Positions 48,456 through 58,808 of a DNA stretch of 64,000 nucleotides are shown here, one piece after another. Position 1 is the stretch's first letter, and each line of letters starts with the position of its first letter. The notes below the pieces were generated by a model that made no database searches, was not told the DNA's origin, and saw nothing but the letters and a program-made list of their open reading frames with translations. Both the position numbers and the translations under genes were made by a program. Source of the stretch: a virus; the IMG/VR virus record IMGVR_UViG_3300027969_003137, positions 1-64,000 of that record; one strand, 5' to 3'.

Positions 48456-50944
48456 TGTCTAGAAAAACAATAAATTCAGGTTCTGCTCCAATACTGTGGA
48501 GCACAGTTGACGAAGCATTTAATAGAATAAATGACAACTTTACAGAGCTGTATCTAAGCGTAGGTGGTGGCGGTGCTATTGATCTAACAGCAATAAACAG
48601 CAACATCAACCCAGGAGCGAACGAAACATATGATCTAGGATCGCCAACTAAACGTTGGAGAGACATCTATCTTAGTGGCAGCTCGATTCATCTGGGAACA
48701 GCGGTAATTACTTCACAATACGGTGCAGTTAATCTTCCGGCAGGATCTACCATCGGTAGTCTAGCACTAGACGAAAACTATTTTAAAACTATTGCTGTGC
48801 CCGGTCAGCCAAGTATTGTTGCCGACACCGGAACTGATACACTAATTATTGCAGCCAGCAGTGGTATTACATTGACTACAGCAGCGGGACTTGATCGATT
48901 GACTATTGCTAACAGCGGAGTATTAACCAATGCTGGCGGTACAGGTATTACGGTCAGTGGGTCAACTGGCAATGTTGTAATTAACAATGCGGGTGTAGTT
49001 TCAGCCGTTGCTGGATACGGTATCAGTGTTAGTTCAGCAACAGGTAATGTCACTATTGCCAATACCGGAATAGTTAGCATTATCACTGACCCAGGATCTG
49101 GTATTGCATTAGATACCAGTGTTCCTGGTACTGTTCGAATTACAAACTCAGCGCCCAGCGTGCCGCAAAATATTTTCCAAACTGTGGCAGTTAGCGGTCA
49201 ATCAAATGTGGTCGCAGATAGTACATCAGACATATTGACATTTGTAAACGGTACAGGCATTAGTATCACTACCAATGCTGGTGCTGACTCGATTACATTT
49301 ACCAACTCAGGTGTGACCAGCTTTGCAGTATCTGGTGTTGGTCTAAGCGCAAGTGCTGCCACAGGATCGATCACATTATCCAACACCGGAGTCACTGCTA
49401 TATCGGCAGGCGATGGCATTTCCATTAACCAAAGTACTGGTACAGTTATTGTCACAAACACAAGATTTGGATTTACTTCTATTGCAGTAGGTGGACAATC
49501 ATCCGTATTAGCTGATAACACCACAGACACCTTGGTGTTGGTAGCAGGTGAAGGTATACAATTAACCACAAACGCAGTCAGCGATAGCATCACATTTGAT
49601 GTGACATACCTCAAGGGTTCTGTGTTCTCAGACACATCCACACTGGTGATCAACGGTGCTACTGGCACGGTGGTTGGCGCTGTTGCAACTTCAAGTTTAC
49701 GTACTTCAGAAACCAAAATAGCATTAGGATATGGTGCAGGCAGTGTTTCTCAAGGCAATGCTGCGGTTGCAGTTGGACCATTTGCTGGGCAAACAACGCA
49801 AGGCCAAAATGCGGTAGCTGTCGGTTTCAATGCCGGCCAAACTACTCAAGGTATTGCAGCCGTAGCTGTCGGCATAGCATCTGGTTATCTTCTTCAAGGC
49901 GTCGACGCTGTTGCAATCGGAAGCGGTGCTGGTTATACTAGTCAAGGCACGCAATCAGTTGCCATTGGTAAACTAGCTGGTAATACTGGACAAGGCCTAC
50001 AAGCGATTGCCATAGGATCTGGAGCTGGCCAAACTAGCCAGCCCGCAAATAGTATTGTTATCAATGCCAGCGGCTCCATACTCAACGGCGCAGCAGCTGG
50101 CTTCTATGTAAGACCAATTAGGGAAGTCACTGGTCCGCAAACCGTATACTACAATCCTGTCACATATGAAGTCACGTGGGGACCTGTACCCTCAGGTGGT
50201 GTAGGCGGTGGTGGCACCAGCAATTATGAATTCAGTGTAGCCGGTGATGACTCCACACAGCGAGTGATCAGCAATGGTGAGACATTACGCTTTGCAGGTG
50301 CAGGAGGAATTAGCACAACCACAGATGGTGAAGGTCGAGTCACAATTACCGGACCAACATTGACCACAGTGGCCACAAGTGGTAGCTATACTGACTTAAC
50401 AAATAAACCAACCATACCAGCAGCCTACTCTTCAACCAGTATCGACGCCCTAAGTGATGTTGATACAACCACTAGTGCACCTACAAATGGTCAAGCACTT
50501 GTATGGAGCTCAGCAGGAAGTAAATGGTTGCCTGGCACAGTGTCGGGAGGTGGTGGTGGTACACTGGCATCAAGAGCCGCAGTGGCGGGGACTACTGCAA
50601 GCCTAGCTAATGCCGCAAGAGGCAACTTGACCATTACTGGCTATAAAGGCTACATGCTTTACAAGATTCAAACATCAGCTGCTGCATGGGTAAGAATTTA
50701 CACAGACATTGCCAGCAGAACAGCAGATGCAACTAGAGTAGAAGGCGCTGATCCAACTCCAGGTTCAGGTGTTGTTGCTGAGGTAATTACCACAGGAGCA
50801 CAGACTATTTTGATTAGTCCAGGTGCATTAGGGTTCAGCAACGAAACTGTTCCAGATACAAATATACAATTAGCAGTGACCAACAAAAGTGGCGGGACAA
50901 CTACAATCACTGTCACATTAACTGCTGTGCAACTAGAGGCATAA
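48455..50944 (+). CDS. Tail fibre protein with YadA-head-like repeats
   Basis: AFNRINDNFTELY N-terminus; AGxGIxI repeats; (A/S)VAxGxxAGxxxQG repeats of 16 aa. Confidence 0.75.
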   Translation: MSRKTINSGSAPILWSTVDEAFNRINDNFTELYLSVGGGGAIDLTAINSNINPGANETYDLGSPTKRWRDIYLSGSSIHLGTAVITSQYGAVNLPAGSTIGSLALDENYFKTIAVPGQPSIVADTGTDTLIIAASSGITLTTAAGLDRLTIANSGVLTNAGGTGITVSGSTGNVVINNAGVVSAVAGYGISVSSATGNVTIANTGIVSIITDPGSGIALDTSVPGTVRITNSAPSVPQNIFQTVAVSGQSNVVADSTSDILTFVNGTGISITTNAGADSITFTNSGVTSFAVSGVGLSASAATGSITLSNTGVTAISAGDGISINQSTGTVIVTNTRFGFTSIAVGGQSSVLADNTTDTLVLVAGEGIQLTTNAVSDSITFDVTYLKGSVFSDTSTLVINGATGTVVGAVATSSLRTSETKIALGYGAGSVSQGNAAVAVGPFAGQTTQGQNAVAVGFNAGQTTQGIAAVAVGIASGYLLQGVDAVAIGSGAGYTSQGTQSVAIGKLAGNTGQGLQAIAIGSGAGQTSQPANSIVINASGSILNGAAAGFYVRPIREVTGPQTVYYNPVTYEVTWGPVPSGGVGGGGTSNYEFSVAGDDSTQRVISNGETLRFAGAGGISTTTDGEGRVTITGPTLTTVATSGSYTDLTNKPTIPAAYSSTSIDALSDVDTTTSAPTNGQALVWSSAGSKWLPGTVSGGGGGTLASRAAVAGTTASLANAARGNLTITGYKGYMLYKIQTSAAAWVRIYTDIASRTADATRVEGADPTPGSGVVAEVITTGAQTILISPGALGFSNETVPDTNIQLAVTNKSGGTTTITVTLTAVQLEA

Positions 50945-50945
50945 T

Positions 50946-53633
50946 ATGTCAGAAATGCTGTCGTACATACAGACTAGAAAGTACATTGTCACTGTGTACA
51001 ACCACGATGACCTTGGTGTCATCTATGAAGAATTAGAAACAGCAGGTAAGGCTCCGCCTGAAACAGAGATATTTCGTGATGTAGAATGCCTAGAACGCAG
51101 ACCTATGAGCAGAAATACTGTTTATAGGCTGACCGATTGGGAATCCAGTCAATTAAAAAATGATCCCAGAATAAAGGCAGTGAGCATACATCCAGACGAA
51201 TTAGGTATCCAGGCCGGTACTAACACAACCACGCAGACCAGTTCTGCTTGGGACAAATCAAGCGGTACTTCTTCCACAATGAAAAACTGGGCTTTGTTGA
51301 GATGCACCGAAGGCCAACAACGTGCAGGGTGGGGCGGAACTGGCTATCAAGGCAACGGATCGGGCACTGCGGCGCAAACTGGCACCATCGAATTAACTCA
51401 GACCGGGCGTAATGTTGATGTTGTGATCTGCGACACTGGACTGCCAACACAGGCACATCCAGAATTTGCAGTTAATGCGGACGGTACGGGAGGATCAAGA
51501 GTTGTTAACTACAATTGGTTTCAACACAATCCAGAAGTCACTGGCGGTGCGGTGGGCACCTACAATCTAGGACTAATTGATCCGCACGGCATGCATGTGG
51601 CAGGCACCGTGGCAGGCAACACACAAGGATGGGCACGTGACTCCACAATCTATAGTTTATACTATGATACTGGCAACACCGGTAATTTTAGTTTGGTATT
51701 TGATTATGTACGAGCTTTTCATAGAAACAAAACAGTTAATGTTGCAACTGGTAGAAAGAATCCCACAATTGTAAACAACAGTTGGGGTATGAGTGTGTTT
51801 CCTAGTGAATGGTCGTTAACTGATATTACTGCGGTGACTTACAGAGGAACTAGATATACTCCAGGCGGTGCTACTACTTTCCTTGGAACTAGCGGTGTAT
51901 GCACCAGTTCGACTAGGTTGGCAAATTTATTAGGATTAGAAAATTTTGGTAATAGAATAACCACTGCAGGACCAGTTGGTGCCACAGGTGGCACTATCAG
52001 TACAAAACCCGCTGCATGGACTCTAGAATCAAATCAGTCGGCGTATCTTTTAGGAACATCGCCACCAGACGCAACTTATGTAATAACATTAACTACCACA
52101 GGTAATAACACCACAATAAGAGTTAAAAATGATGTTGCCTCGGGTGGCCAAACTGGTCAGACCAGCTTGTCCATGGGCATACAGATAGTTAGACAAAGTG
52201 ATAACTCTGTGATAACATCATTTAGTCAAGGACCGTTTACATCAATCGAAGGCGGTGAGGTCAGTGCTGTCATCGATGAAAATGTAATACTGCCAACTAC
52301 TGGCACGTATACTATTACCTATACAACAGCATTAGACGTTAGTCAAGCTAATAATTCATTAACAGCATTTGCCATGCTGTGTACAATCACACAAACACCA
52401 AGTGGCAGCGAAACTGCTACAGTTAGCAGTATTACACCCAGCTTGCTAGGAGCAGCAAGTCTAACAGCATCAACCTCTCCCACAGTGGGAAACAACGACG
52501 ACGGCTATTGGACATTGGCATTACCTTTTAACATTACCTATCTAGGAACTACATACAGTACACTATATCCTAGTACAAACTTTTATCTAACATTTGGCAA
52601 TGGTTCAACGGTATGGAGTGGGGTTAGCATTACCAATCCTGCACTACCTAAGATAATGTGGTGCGCACAAGACAATTCAGTACAAAGAATTTACTACGGC
52701 ACCGAAGGTGTTGCACCAAATAGAACATTTAGAGTAAGACAAGAAGGAACATCAACTACCGGCGGAACTGTAGGCAGTCCCTCAATGGTATGCGAGTGGA
52801 CATTCTACGAAAATGCTCCTAGTCGAATAGATCTACAAGTTGGGGTTAACAGCGCCAAAACAACTGGCGGTGGTTTTACTACTCAACAACTTAACGATTG
52901 GGGATTTATCAGTGGACAACGTATTCCTTTAAGGGTTCCTGCCTGCGATGATGATATCGAAGATCTCTACGACGAAGGCATTGTTATGGTAGGCGCTGCA
53001 GGGAACGGTCGATGGAAACATGATGTACCAGGCGGAGTTGATTGGAACAACACATTTGAAATGGCTGTTAGATATCCTGCTAGCGTTTTGCAACCCTACT
53101 ATACTCATCGAGGAACAAGCCCTACCGCCAATGACACATTAGCCTACGGTACACACGACCTACCAGCAATATGCGTGGGCTCAGTTGACACTATTCAAAT
53201 TGATCAAAAGGTATTATATAGTGACTGCGGTGCAGGAGTTGATCTATTTGCCCCAGGTACATATATTGTCAGCGCATTGCCTAGTGGTACTGCTGATCCC
53301 AGAAATGCCAGCTATTTTATTGGCAAGTATAGTGGAACCAGTATGGCAAGCCCGCAGGTATGCGGTGTATTAGCCTGTGCGTTAGAAGTGTATCCGGATA
53401 TGAATCAAGAGCGGGCCAAAGCCTATATAACAGCTATTGCCAAGGCAGGACAAATTACAGCAACATCAGGCGGCCCTACAGACGGGCAAGATTTACAAGG
53501 TACGCCTAATTTATATTTGTTTTACAAAAAAGAACGGGAAACTAGTGGCAACGTATTTCCAAAAATCAATTATAAACCAAGACCCACAACAGGATCCGTT
53601 TATCCTAGACCTAGAATTAAAAGAACATTATAA
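50946..53633 (+). CDS. Subtilisin-like S8 serine protease with large insertion
   Basis: VICDTG, HGMHVAGT, NNSWG, AAGN, GTSMASPQV. Confidence 0.9.
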   Translation: MSEMLSYIQTRKYIVTVYNHDDLGVIYEELETAGKAPPETEIFRDVECLERRPMSRNTVYRLTDWESSQLKNDPRIKAVSIHPDELGIQAGTNTTTQTSSAWDKSSGTSSTMKNWALLRCTEGQQRAGWGGTGYQGNGSGTAAQTGTIELTQTGRNVDVVICDTGLPTQAHPEFAVNADGTGGSRVVNYNWFQHNPEVTGGAVGTYNLGLIDPHGMHVAGTVAGNTQGWARDSTIYSLYYDTGNTGNFSLVFDYVRAFHRNKTVNVATGRKNPTIVNNSWGMSVFPSEWSLTDITAVTYRGTRYTPGGATTFLGTSGVCTSSTRLANLLGLENFGNRITTAGPVGATGGTISTKPAAWTLESNQSAYLLGTSPPDATYVITLTTTGNNTTIRVKNDVASGGQTGQTSLSMGIQIVRQSDNSVITSFSQGPFTSIEGGEVSAVIDENVILPTTGTYTITYTTALDVSQANNSLTAFAMLCTITQTPSGSETATVSSITPSLLGAASLTASTSPTVGNNDDGYWTLALPFNITYLGTTYSTLYPSTNFYLTFGNGSTVWSGVSITNPALPKIMWCAQDNSVQRIYYGTEGVAPNRTFRVRQEGTSTTGGTVGSPSMVCEWTFYENAPSRIDLQVGVNSAKTTGGGFTTQQLNDWGFISGQRIPLRVPACDDDIEDLYDEGIVMVGAAGNGRWKHDVPGGVDWNNTFEMAVRYPASVLQPYYTHRGTSPTANDTLAYGTHDLPAICVGSVDTIQIDQKVLYSDCGAGVDLFAPGTYIVSALPSGTADPRNASYFIGKYSGTSMASPQVCGVLACALEVYPDMNQERAKAYITAIAKAGQITATSGGPTDGQDLQGTPNLYLFYKKERETSGNVFPKINYKPRPTTGSVYPRPRIKRTL

Positions 53634-53661
53634 CGGGTAAATATACTAAAGAGAGCGGAAT

Positions 53662-54204
53662 ATGACAATACAACCAATCAATATCGGCAATGCAGTCAAC
53701 GACGGACTAGGTGATGATCTTAGATCAGCCTTTCAAAAGGTAAATGCCAACTTTGCAGATCTAGCTGCCAGCATTACTGTGACCGCTAGTAATTTAGGCG
53801 GTGGTAGCGGAGTATTTAAAAATAAGGTCGGAGTTGATCTACAGTTTAAATCTCTAGTCGCTGGTACTAAAATGTTCATCAATGAACTAACCAACACTAT
53901 TGTAATTAACAATCAACAGCCCGACGGCTTTGCTAGAATTGACACAGACCTTGGCATTGTTGAAGCTAGCAGTCATCTTAATATAACCCTTGAAGGTGGA
54001 GACAATGTCAACGTTTCTGCTGTTGGTTCTGTGATTACAGTAGACACCAATTTAGATCTAAATCAAATTATTGCAGGCTTTGACTTTGGAGTGTTGGGCA
54101 ACAATTTTCAATTCTCCCCTCAGCTGGCCCTAGCAGCAGCTAATGTAGATTTTGGTACGATTACTAATCCAGGGACCATTAATTTAGACCTTGGTGCATT
54201 TTAA
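53662..54204 (+). CDS. Virion protein with gp9/10-like N-terminus
   Basis: INIGNAVNDGLGDDLRSAFQKVNANF. Confidence 0.7.
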   Translation: MTIQPINIGNAVNDGLGDDLRSAFQKVNANFADLAASITVTASNLGGGSGVFKNKVGVDLQFKSLVAGTKMFINELTNTIVINNQQPDGFARIDTDLGIVEASSHLNITLEGGDNVNVSAVGSVITVDTNLDLNQIIAGFDFGVLGNNFQFSPQLALAAANVDFGTITNPGTINLDLGAF

Positions 54205-54216
54205 GGATATAGATTT

Positions 54217-56682
54217 GTGGCTATAACTTGGATCACTCCTGCAGGTAGCTTGGGAATACTAGTAGAAAGAAATACTTTAGAAATTCCCGTTCTTGCAACT
54301 TCAAACTCTGGATCTATTACCTACAGCGTAATAGCCGGACGTCTACCACGAGGACTGAGATTATCTAACAATGTGATTAACGGCAGTCCTGTAGAAGTGA
54401 GACGATTTACAGAATATCGATTTGTCATACGTGCCAACGACGGAATAGATTTAGAAGATCGTACTTTTGGCCTGTCGGTTGACGGTAGCGATTTGCCCTA
54501 TTGGTTGACTCAAGAGGGATTTTTAAAAGTAGGAGAAAATAATGCTTACTTTGTGTTGGACAATGCCTATGTAGAATTTCAACTGGAAGCCGATGACACT
54601 GACATCAATGCCGGAGACTCACTGGAATACTACCTAGTACCAGTTGGGGGGGAACTACCGCCGGGATTGTCATTAAGCAAAACCGGCGTAATATCTGGAT
54701 TTACTGACCCAGTATTTGCTGTTGACTATTCAGAAACTCAAACCGGATCATACGATACTGCGGCCTTTGACATCCTGCCATTGGACAAGCCTGAAGCAAG
54801 ATCCAACGGCTTTGACAGCTTTCTCTATGATAATGTGACCTTTGACTACAACGAACCCAGTCGTGCTCCAAGACGCCTAAGTAGATTTTATACGTTTATT
54901 GTTGCTGTTAGTGATGGCGTTAATGAGGTGCGCAGAGTATTTAGAATATATGTGGTCACCGAAGAATTCCTACAAGCTGACAACACCATAGTTCAAGTTG
55001 ATACCAATCTGTTCCAGGCAGATGCCACAGGTGATCGTGTTCCGCTGTGGATTACAGAAAGCAATTTGGGTAGATTTAGAGCAGACAACTATGTCACTAT
55101 ATATCTAGATGTTTACGATCCAGTTTCATTGTCGGGCACGATCACTTACTTTCTGTTAGCCACTAACCCCGACGGGTCACCTAGTGTTATTCCTCCAGGA
55201 TTAATTCTAGATACTATAACTGGAGAACTGGCTGGCAGGGTTCCTTATCAGGCCGCTATAACTAAGACCTATCAGTTTACCATGCAGGCTGTGAATTTTC
55301 CTACATCACTGGCCGATATTAATTATACGTTGGTAGGTGATTGGAGTTCCACTAGAATTTATTTTGAAAACCAAGCTGTTAGATACTTAGGCTTTGTCTA
55401 TATCTGTTTACAGGAACACAGAAACGTGGTTCCAGTAGACGGACCTTATTGGAATTTAGGGGTTGCAACCTCTGAAAAAACATTTACTGTAGATATTATT
55501 GGAGAAATAGAAAGTGCTATTCAATGGATTAGTTCTAATGATCTAGGTTCTATAAAACCTAATCAACCAAGCACAATAAATGTGCAGGCAGAAAGCCTGC
55601 TATACGGAAACAAAGTGATATACGAATTACAATCAGGTCTGCTACCTCCGGGGTTGAGTTTGCTTTCTACAGGTATCATTCAAGGCAAGGTAAAACAATT
55701 TGCCGATAGTCAAGGTCCAGGACTAACTAGATTCTTTGACAGAGATTCATCTCTGGTAGACTCAACTGGTACTATAACATTTAATACCACGTTTGATAAC
55801 AATACTACTAGTTTTGGTAAACAATTTACATTTAAAATAAAAGCCAGAGATACTGCGAAATTTGCAGAAACTATCAAAGAATTTTTTATTAATGTTATTT
55901 CAAGTACAGAAAAAACCTTTGCAAATTTATATCTAAAAGCATTCCAGACCAAAGACAAAAGATTAAATTGGTATAATTTCATTACCGATTCTAACATTTT
56001 TAGAGCAACTGATATCTATAGATACGGCGATTCGAACTTTGGAATTCAAACTGAATTAAGAGTGTTGGTATTTGCCGGTATCGAAAGTGTTGGTGCAGTA
56101 AGCTATGTTCAGGCCATGAGTCAGAACCACTATAGAAAGAATTTAAAATTTGGAAATGTTAAATACGCAGTGGCTAAGGATCTGCTAACTCAAGACCCTT
56201 TATATGAAGTAATATATGTAGATGTTGTTGACGAATTTGAAAAAAACGGTAATAGTATCAGTGGTACTGTAAATTTATCTAATAACATTAACAGCAAGAT
56301 TTTGGTTAGTTATGATGCTATTAAAGTAGACAGCAATATTCCATTTGCCAGTGATAGTGACCACCAGCGCATATTTCCTAACAGTATCAAGAACATGCGT
56401 AGAAGAATTCGAGGAGTAGGCGAAAGAGATCGAGAATTTTTGCCTTTGTGGATGCGTAGTATCCAAACAGATAGCTTTGTAGAAACAGGTTATGTGAAAG
56501 CCTTGATACTGTGCTATCTACAACCAGGGCAGTCCGAAAGAGTGATTTCTAGAATAAAATCCAGTGGATTTGACTTTAAATCAATCGATTTTACTGCCGA
56601 TCGATATGTGATAGATATTTTAGACGGAGAAATAGAGGATAAATACCTTGCATTCCCGCAACGTGGAGAAAAATTACCGTGA
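54217..56682 (+). CDS. Ig-like (He_PIG-type) repeat structural protein
   Basis: Four LP(P/R)GLxL...G.I.G units. Confidence 0.75.
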   Translation: MAITWITPAGSLGILVERNTLEIPVLATSNSGSITYSVIAGRLPRGLRLSNNVINGSPVEVRRFTEYRFVIRANDGIDLEDRTFGLSVDGSDLPYWLTQEGFLKVGENNAYFVLDNAYVEFQLEADDTDINAGDSLEYYLVPVGGELPPGLSLSKTGVISGFTDPVFAVDYSETQTGSYDTAAFDILPLDKPEARSNGFDSFLYDNVTFDYNEPSRAPRRLSRFYTFIVAVSDGVNEVRRVFRIYVVTEEFLQADNTIVQVDTNLFQADATGDRVPLWITESNLGRFRADNYVTIYLDVYDPVSLSGTITYFLLATNPDGSPSVIPPGLILDTITGELAGRVPYQAAITKTYQFTMQAVNFPTSLADINYTLVGDWSSTRIYFENQAVRYLGFVYICLQEHRNVVPVDGPYWNLGVATSEKTFTVDIIGEIESAIQWISSNDLGSIKPNQPSTINVQAESLLYGNKVIYELQSGLLPPGLSLLSTGIIQGKVKQFADSQGPGLTRFFDRDSSLVDSTGTITFNTTFDNNTTSFGKQFTFKIKARDTAKFAETIKEFFINVISSTEKTFANLYLKAFQTKDKRLNWYNFITDSNIFRATDIYRYGDSNFGIQTELRVLVFAGIESVGAVSYVQAMSQNHYRKNLKFGNVKYAVAKDLLTQDPLYEVIYVDVVDEFEKNGNSISGTVNLSNNINSKILVSYDAIKVDSNIPFASDSDHQRIFPNSIKNMRRRIRGVGERDREFLPLWMRSIQTDSFVETGYVKALILCYLQPGQSERVISRIKSSGFDFKSIDFTADRYVIDILDGEIEDKYLAFPQRGEKLP

Positions 56683-57263
56683 CGAGCAATATTAACTATT
56701 TGGGCATAAATGAAAACTTTCCTGTAGCAGGAGAGGACAACGACACGCAGGTGTTTAGAGATAACTTTGATACTATCAAAACCAGTCTTAACACAGCTAA
56801 AACTGAGATTACTGATCTACAGACCAATGTAGCAAGAACTGACACTGATACCGATTTCAATCGAAAATTGATTAGCAATGCAGTTATGTTAAACAATTAC
56901 AATAAGAAGTTTGATGGTGGTGTAATTACTGCGCCGTTGACTGTGGATTATGAAAATGGCAACTATCAAATTTTTAGATTTGGTGTTAGTACTACAGTAG
57001 AATTTTTAAATTTCCCAAACGACGAATCTAGCCCATCTGGGCTTGGCAAGGTCACATTAGAATTGTACGGTGACGGAACTGCTAGAACATTGACTTTTAG
57101 TACCAGTGGCGGAACTGTTGTTAAAAAGAATGCTACATTTCCTAGTCCGTTTACATTAACATCAGCAGAAGCTGCTGCTGGCAGTGGTAATCCTGTTATT
57201 ATTGAAGTTTGGAAACACAAAACGGATAGAATCTTTTTACACTACCTGGGGCAATTCAGTTAA
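56679..57263 (+). CDS. Putative structural protein
   Basis: FPVAGEDNDTQVFRDNF...EI..LQ; coupled within the virion operon. Confidence 0.65.
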   Translation: MTSNINYLGINENFPVAGEDNDTQVFRDNFDTIKTSLNTAKTEITDLQTNVARTDTDTDFNRKLISNAVMLNNYNKKFDGGVITAPLTVDYENGNYQIFRFGVSTTVEFLNFPNDESSPSGLGKVTLELYGDGTARTLTFSTSGGTVVKKNATFPSPFTLTSAEAAAGSGNPVIIEVWKHKTDRIFLHYLGQFS

Positions 57264-57265
57264 TA

Positions 57266-57502
57266 ATGCTACATCCATTATCTGTTGACCTTTCGGCGTT
57301 AAAAGACTCCGAGGTTGAAGAAAAATTACAAGAATTAACAAGAAAATATTTTGCTGCTCAGCGTTTAGGTAAACCTGAGCTCTTGACACAGATCTCAACT
57401 TTTGTTACAATATATAAACAAGAGTTATCAAGAAGGTATTTAGAAAAAACTAATCCCGAACTTGATGGAGATTTGGATCAATTAATTAATGTTAACAAAT
57501 AA
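57266..57502 (+). CDS. Hypothetical helical protein
   Basis: Coupled ORF. Confidence 0.7.
   Translation: MLHPLSVDLSALKDSEVEEKLQELTRKYFAAQRLGKPELLTQISTFVTIYKQELSRRYLEKTNPELDGDLDQLINVNK
57383..57411 (+). promoter_or_regulatory. Intragenic sigma70-type promoter upstream of the DnaE fragment
   Basis: TTGACA-17-TACAAT. Confidence 0.55.
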
Positions 57503-57956
57503 TACCAATGAAAATTTAATCGAAGGAGTACTTAGACACGGTCCGGATATCCTGGCTCATTGTCAAACTTCTGCCGATATTCAGCAGTATCTAGATAGAA
57601 TAGCATTTGAACATCTAAGCTATCCAACACCCCCAACTGACATTGATCCTAAACATTGGTTTATACCGGAAGAGTACAGAACCATGGATATCTTAGATTG
57701 GTTATATCATCGATGTCCTACTCCTGAAATTCGTGAACGGGTAGTTGAGGAACTTAGGTTATTTGCCAAACACGACATGATTCCCATGTTAAAAACCATG
57801 AAATATGTTGTAGATACTCTTAGAGCTAATAATGTAGTTTGGGGAGTAGGGCGTGGATCTAGCGTGGCCAGTTATGTGCTTCACATTATTGGGGTTCACA
57901 AGATTGACAGCATTAAATACAATATACCAATAGAAGAATTCTTTAAGGAGATATAA
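57489..57956 (+). CDS. DNA polymerase III alpha-like fragment
   Basis: ERVVEEL...VWGVGRGSSVASYVLHIIGVHKID...FF. Confidence 0.8.
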   Translation: MLTNNTNENLIEGVLRHGPDILAHCQTSADIQQYLDRIAFEHLSYPTPPTDIDPKHWFIPEEYRTMDILDWLYHRCPTPEIRERVVEELRLFAKHDMIPMLKTMKYVVDTLRANNVVWGVGRGSSVASYVLHIIGVHKIDSIKYNIPIEEFFKEI

Positions 57957-57957
57957 C

Positions 57958-58194
57958 ATGGGTAGAGTCTACACAAGTATGCAAGGTAAACAAATCGATA
58001 TGGAAAAACTACAACTTAGAAATGAGTTGTCGCCTGCCGTCGGAAACATGAAAGTAAATGCCAGAGGTGATGAGTTGGGTGCTGGTGGTAAAATTGTTCG
58101 TACACGAGAACAGATCTTACAAGATTATTATAAAAATAATCCAAGAGCAATTGCCGATGAGGTTGTAGGTTCACGTGCAGGTGGAAAGAAATAA
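57958..58194 (+). CDS. Hypothetical protein
   Basis: AAGGAG SD; AVGNMKVNARGDELG. Confidence 0.8.
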   Translation: MGRVYTSMQGKQIDMEKLQLRNELSPAVGNMKVNARGDELGAGGKIVRTREQILQDYYKNNPRAIADEVVGSRAGGKK

Positions 58195-58196
58195 TA

Positions 58197-58556
58197 ATGG
58201 CTACAAACTTTGATGTTAAACATGTTAAGATACGAGCCCTTCATGATTGGGTTATTGTTTCAGACATGGACTTTGGCGAAATTACTACCGCGGCTGGATT
58301 AGTTATTCGAAGTGATAATGGTAAAACACATGGCATTAAACCTCGGTGGGGTAAGGTTTACTGTATAGGGCCTGAACAAAAAGATGTCAAAGTAGGTGAT
58401 TGGATTTTAATTGAACATGGTCGATGGACTAGAGCCATGCACATTAACGACGGCGAACAAGAAGTCAAAATTCATCGAGTTGATGCTAACTGTATCATAG
58501 GCATATCTGATACACCGCCTACATCGGAAGAATGGTACGTTGCCGATTCAATGTAA
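58197..58556 (+). CDS. groES: GroES-like co-chaperonin
   Basis: RALHDWVIV, TAAGLVI, GKVYCIGP..DVKVGD. Confidence 0.8.
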   Translation: MATNFDVKHVKIRALHDWVIVSDMDFGEITTAAGLVIRSDNGKTHGIKPRWGKVYCIGPEQKDVKVGDWILIEHGRWTRAMHINDGEQEVKIHRVDANCIIGISDTPPTSEEWYVADSM

Positions 58557-58559
58557 TAT

Positions 58560-58799
58560 ATGCACATGAAGAAAAAGTCATGGAGCGTGGAGGAAATTGC
58601 CACGCAAATCCATGCCATTGCTAGGGAATGTTCTAGTCCCTACAATGAAGGGTTCACTGCATTTGAACTCAAAAAAGATCTCTATCAAATTAAAGAAATC
58701 TTAGAAACAGCCATTAAACAAAGTCCCACCTTTTATGGCGAACAAGAGTGGTTGACAGAACAAGAAAAAAAGCGTATTATTAAGATATTAAAGTCTTAA
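58560..58799 (+). CDS. Hypothetical protein
   Basis: ORF within the operon. Confidence 0.7.
   Translation: MHMKKKSWSVEEIATQIHAIARECSSPYNEGFTAFELKKDLYQIKEILETAIKQSPTFYGEQEWLTEQEKKRIIKILKS
58752..58780 (+). promoter_or_regulatory. Intragenic sigma70-type promoter
   Basis: TTGACA-17-TATTAT ahead of the 58809 gene. Confidence 0.55.
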
Positions 58800-58808
58800 G
58801 GAGATACT

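Noticed and set aside
48805-49954. Long antisense ORFs within the fibre gene
   Set aside because: Expected shadow of G/T/A/V/S-rich codon usage
49720-50050. Nucleotide repeat array
   Set aside because: Periodicity is at the protein level (16-aa adhesin repeats) with diverged codons
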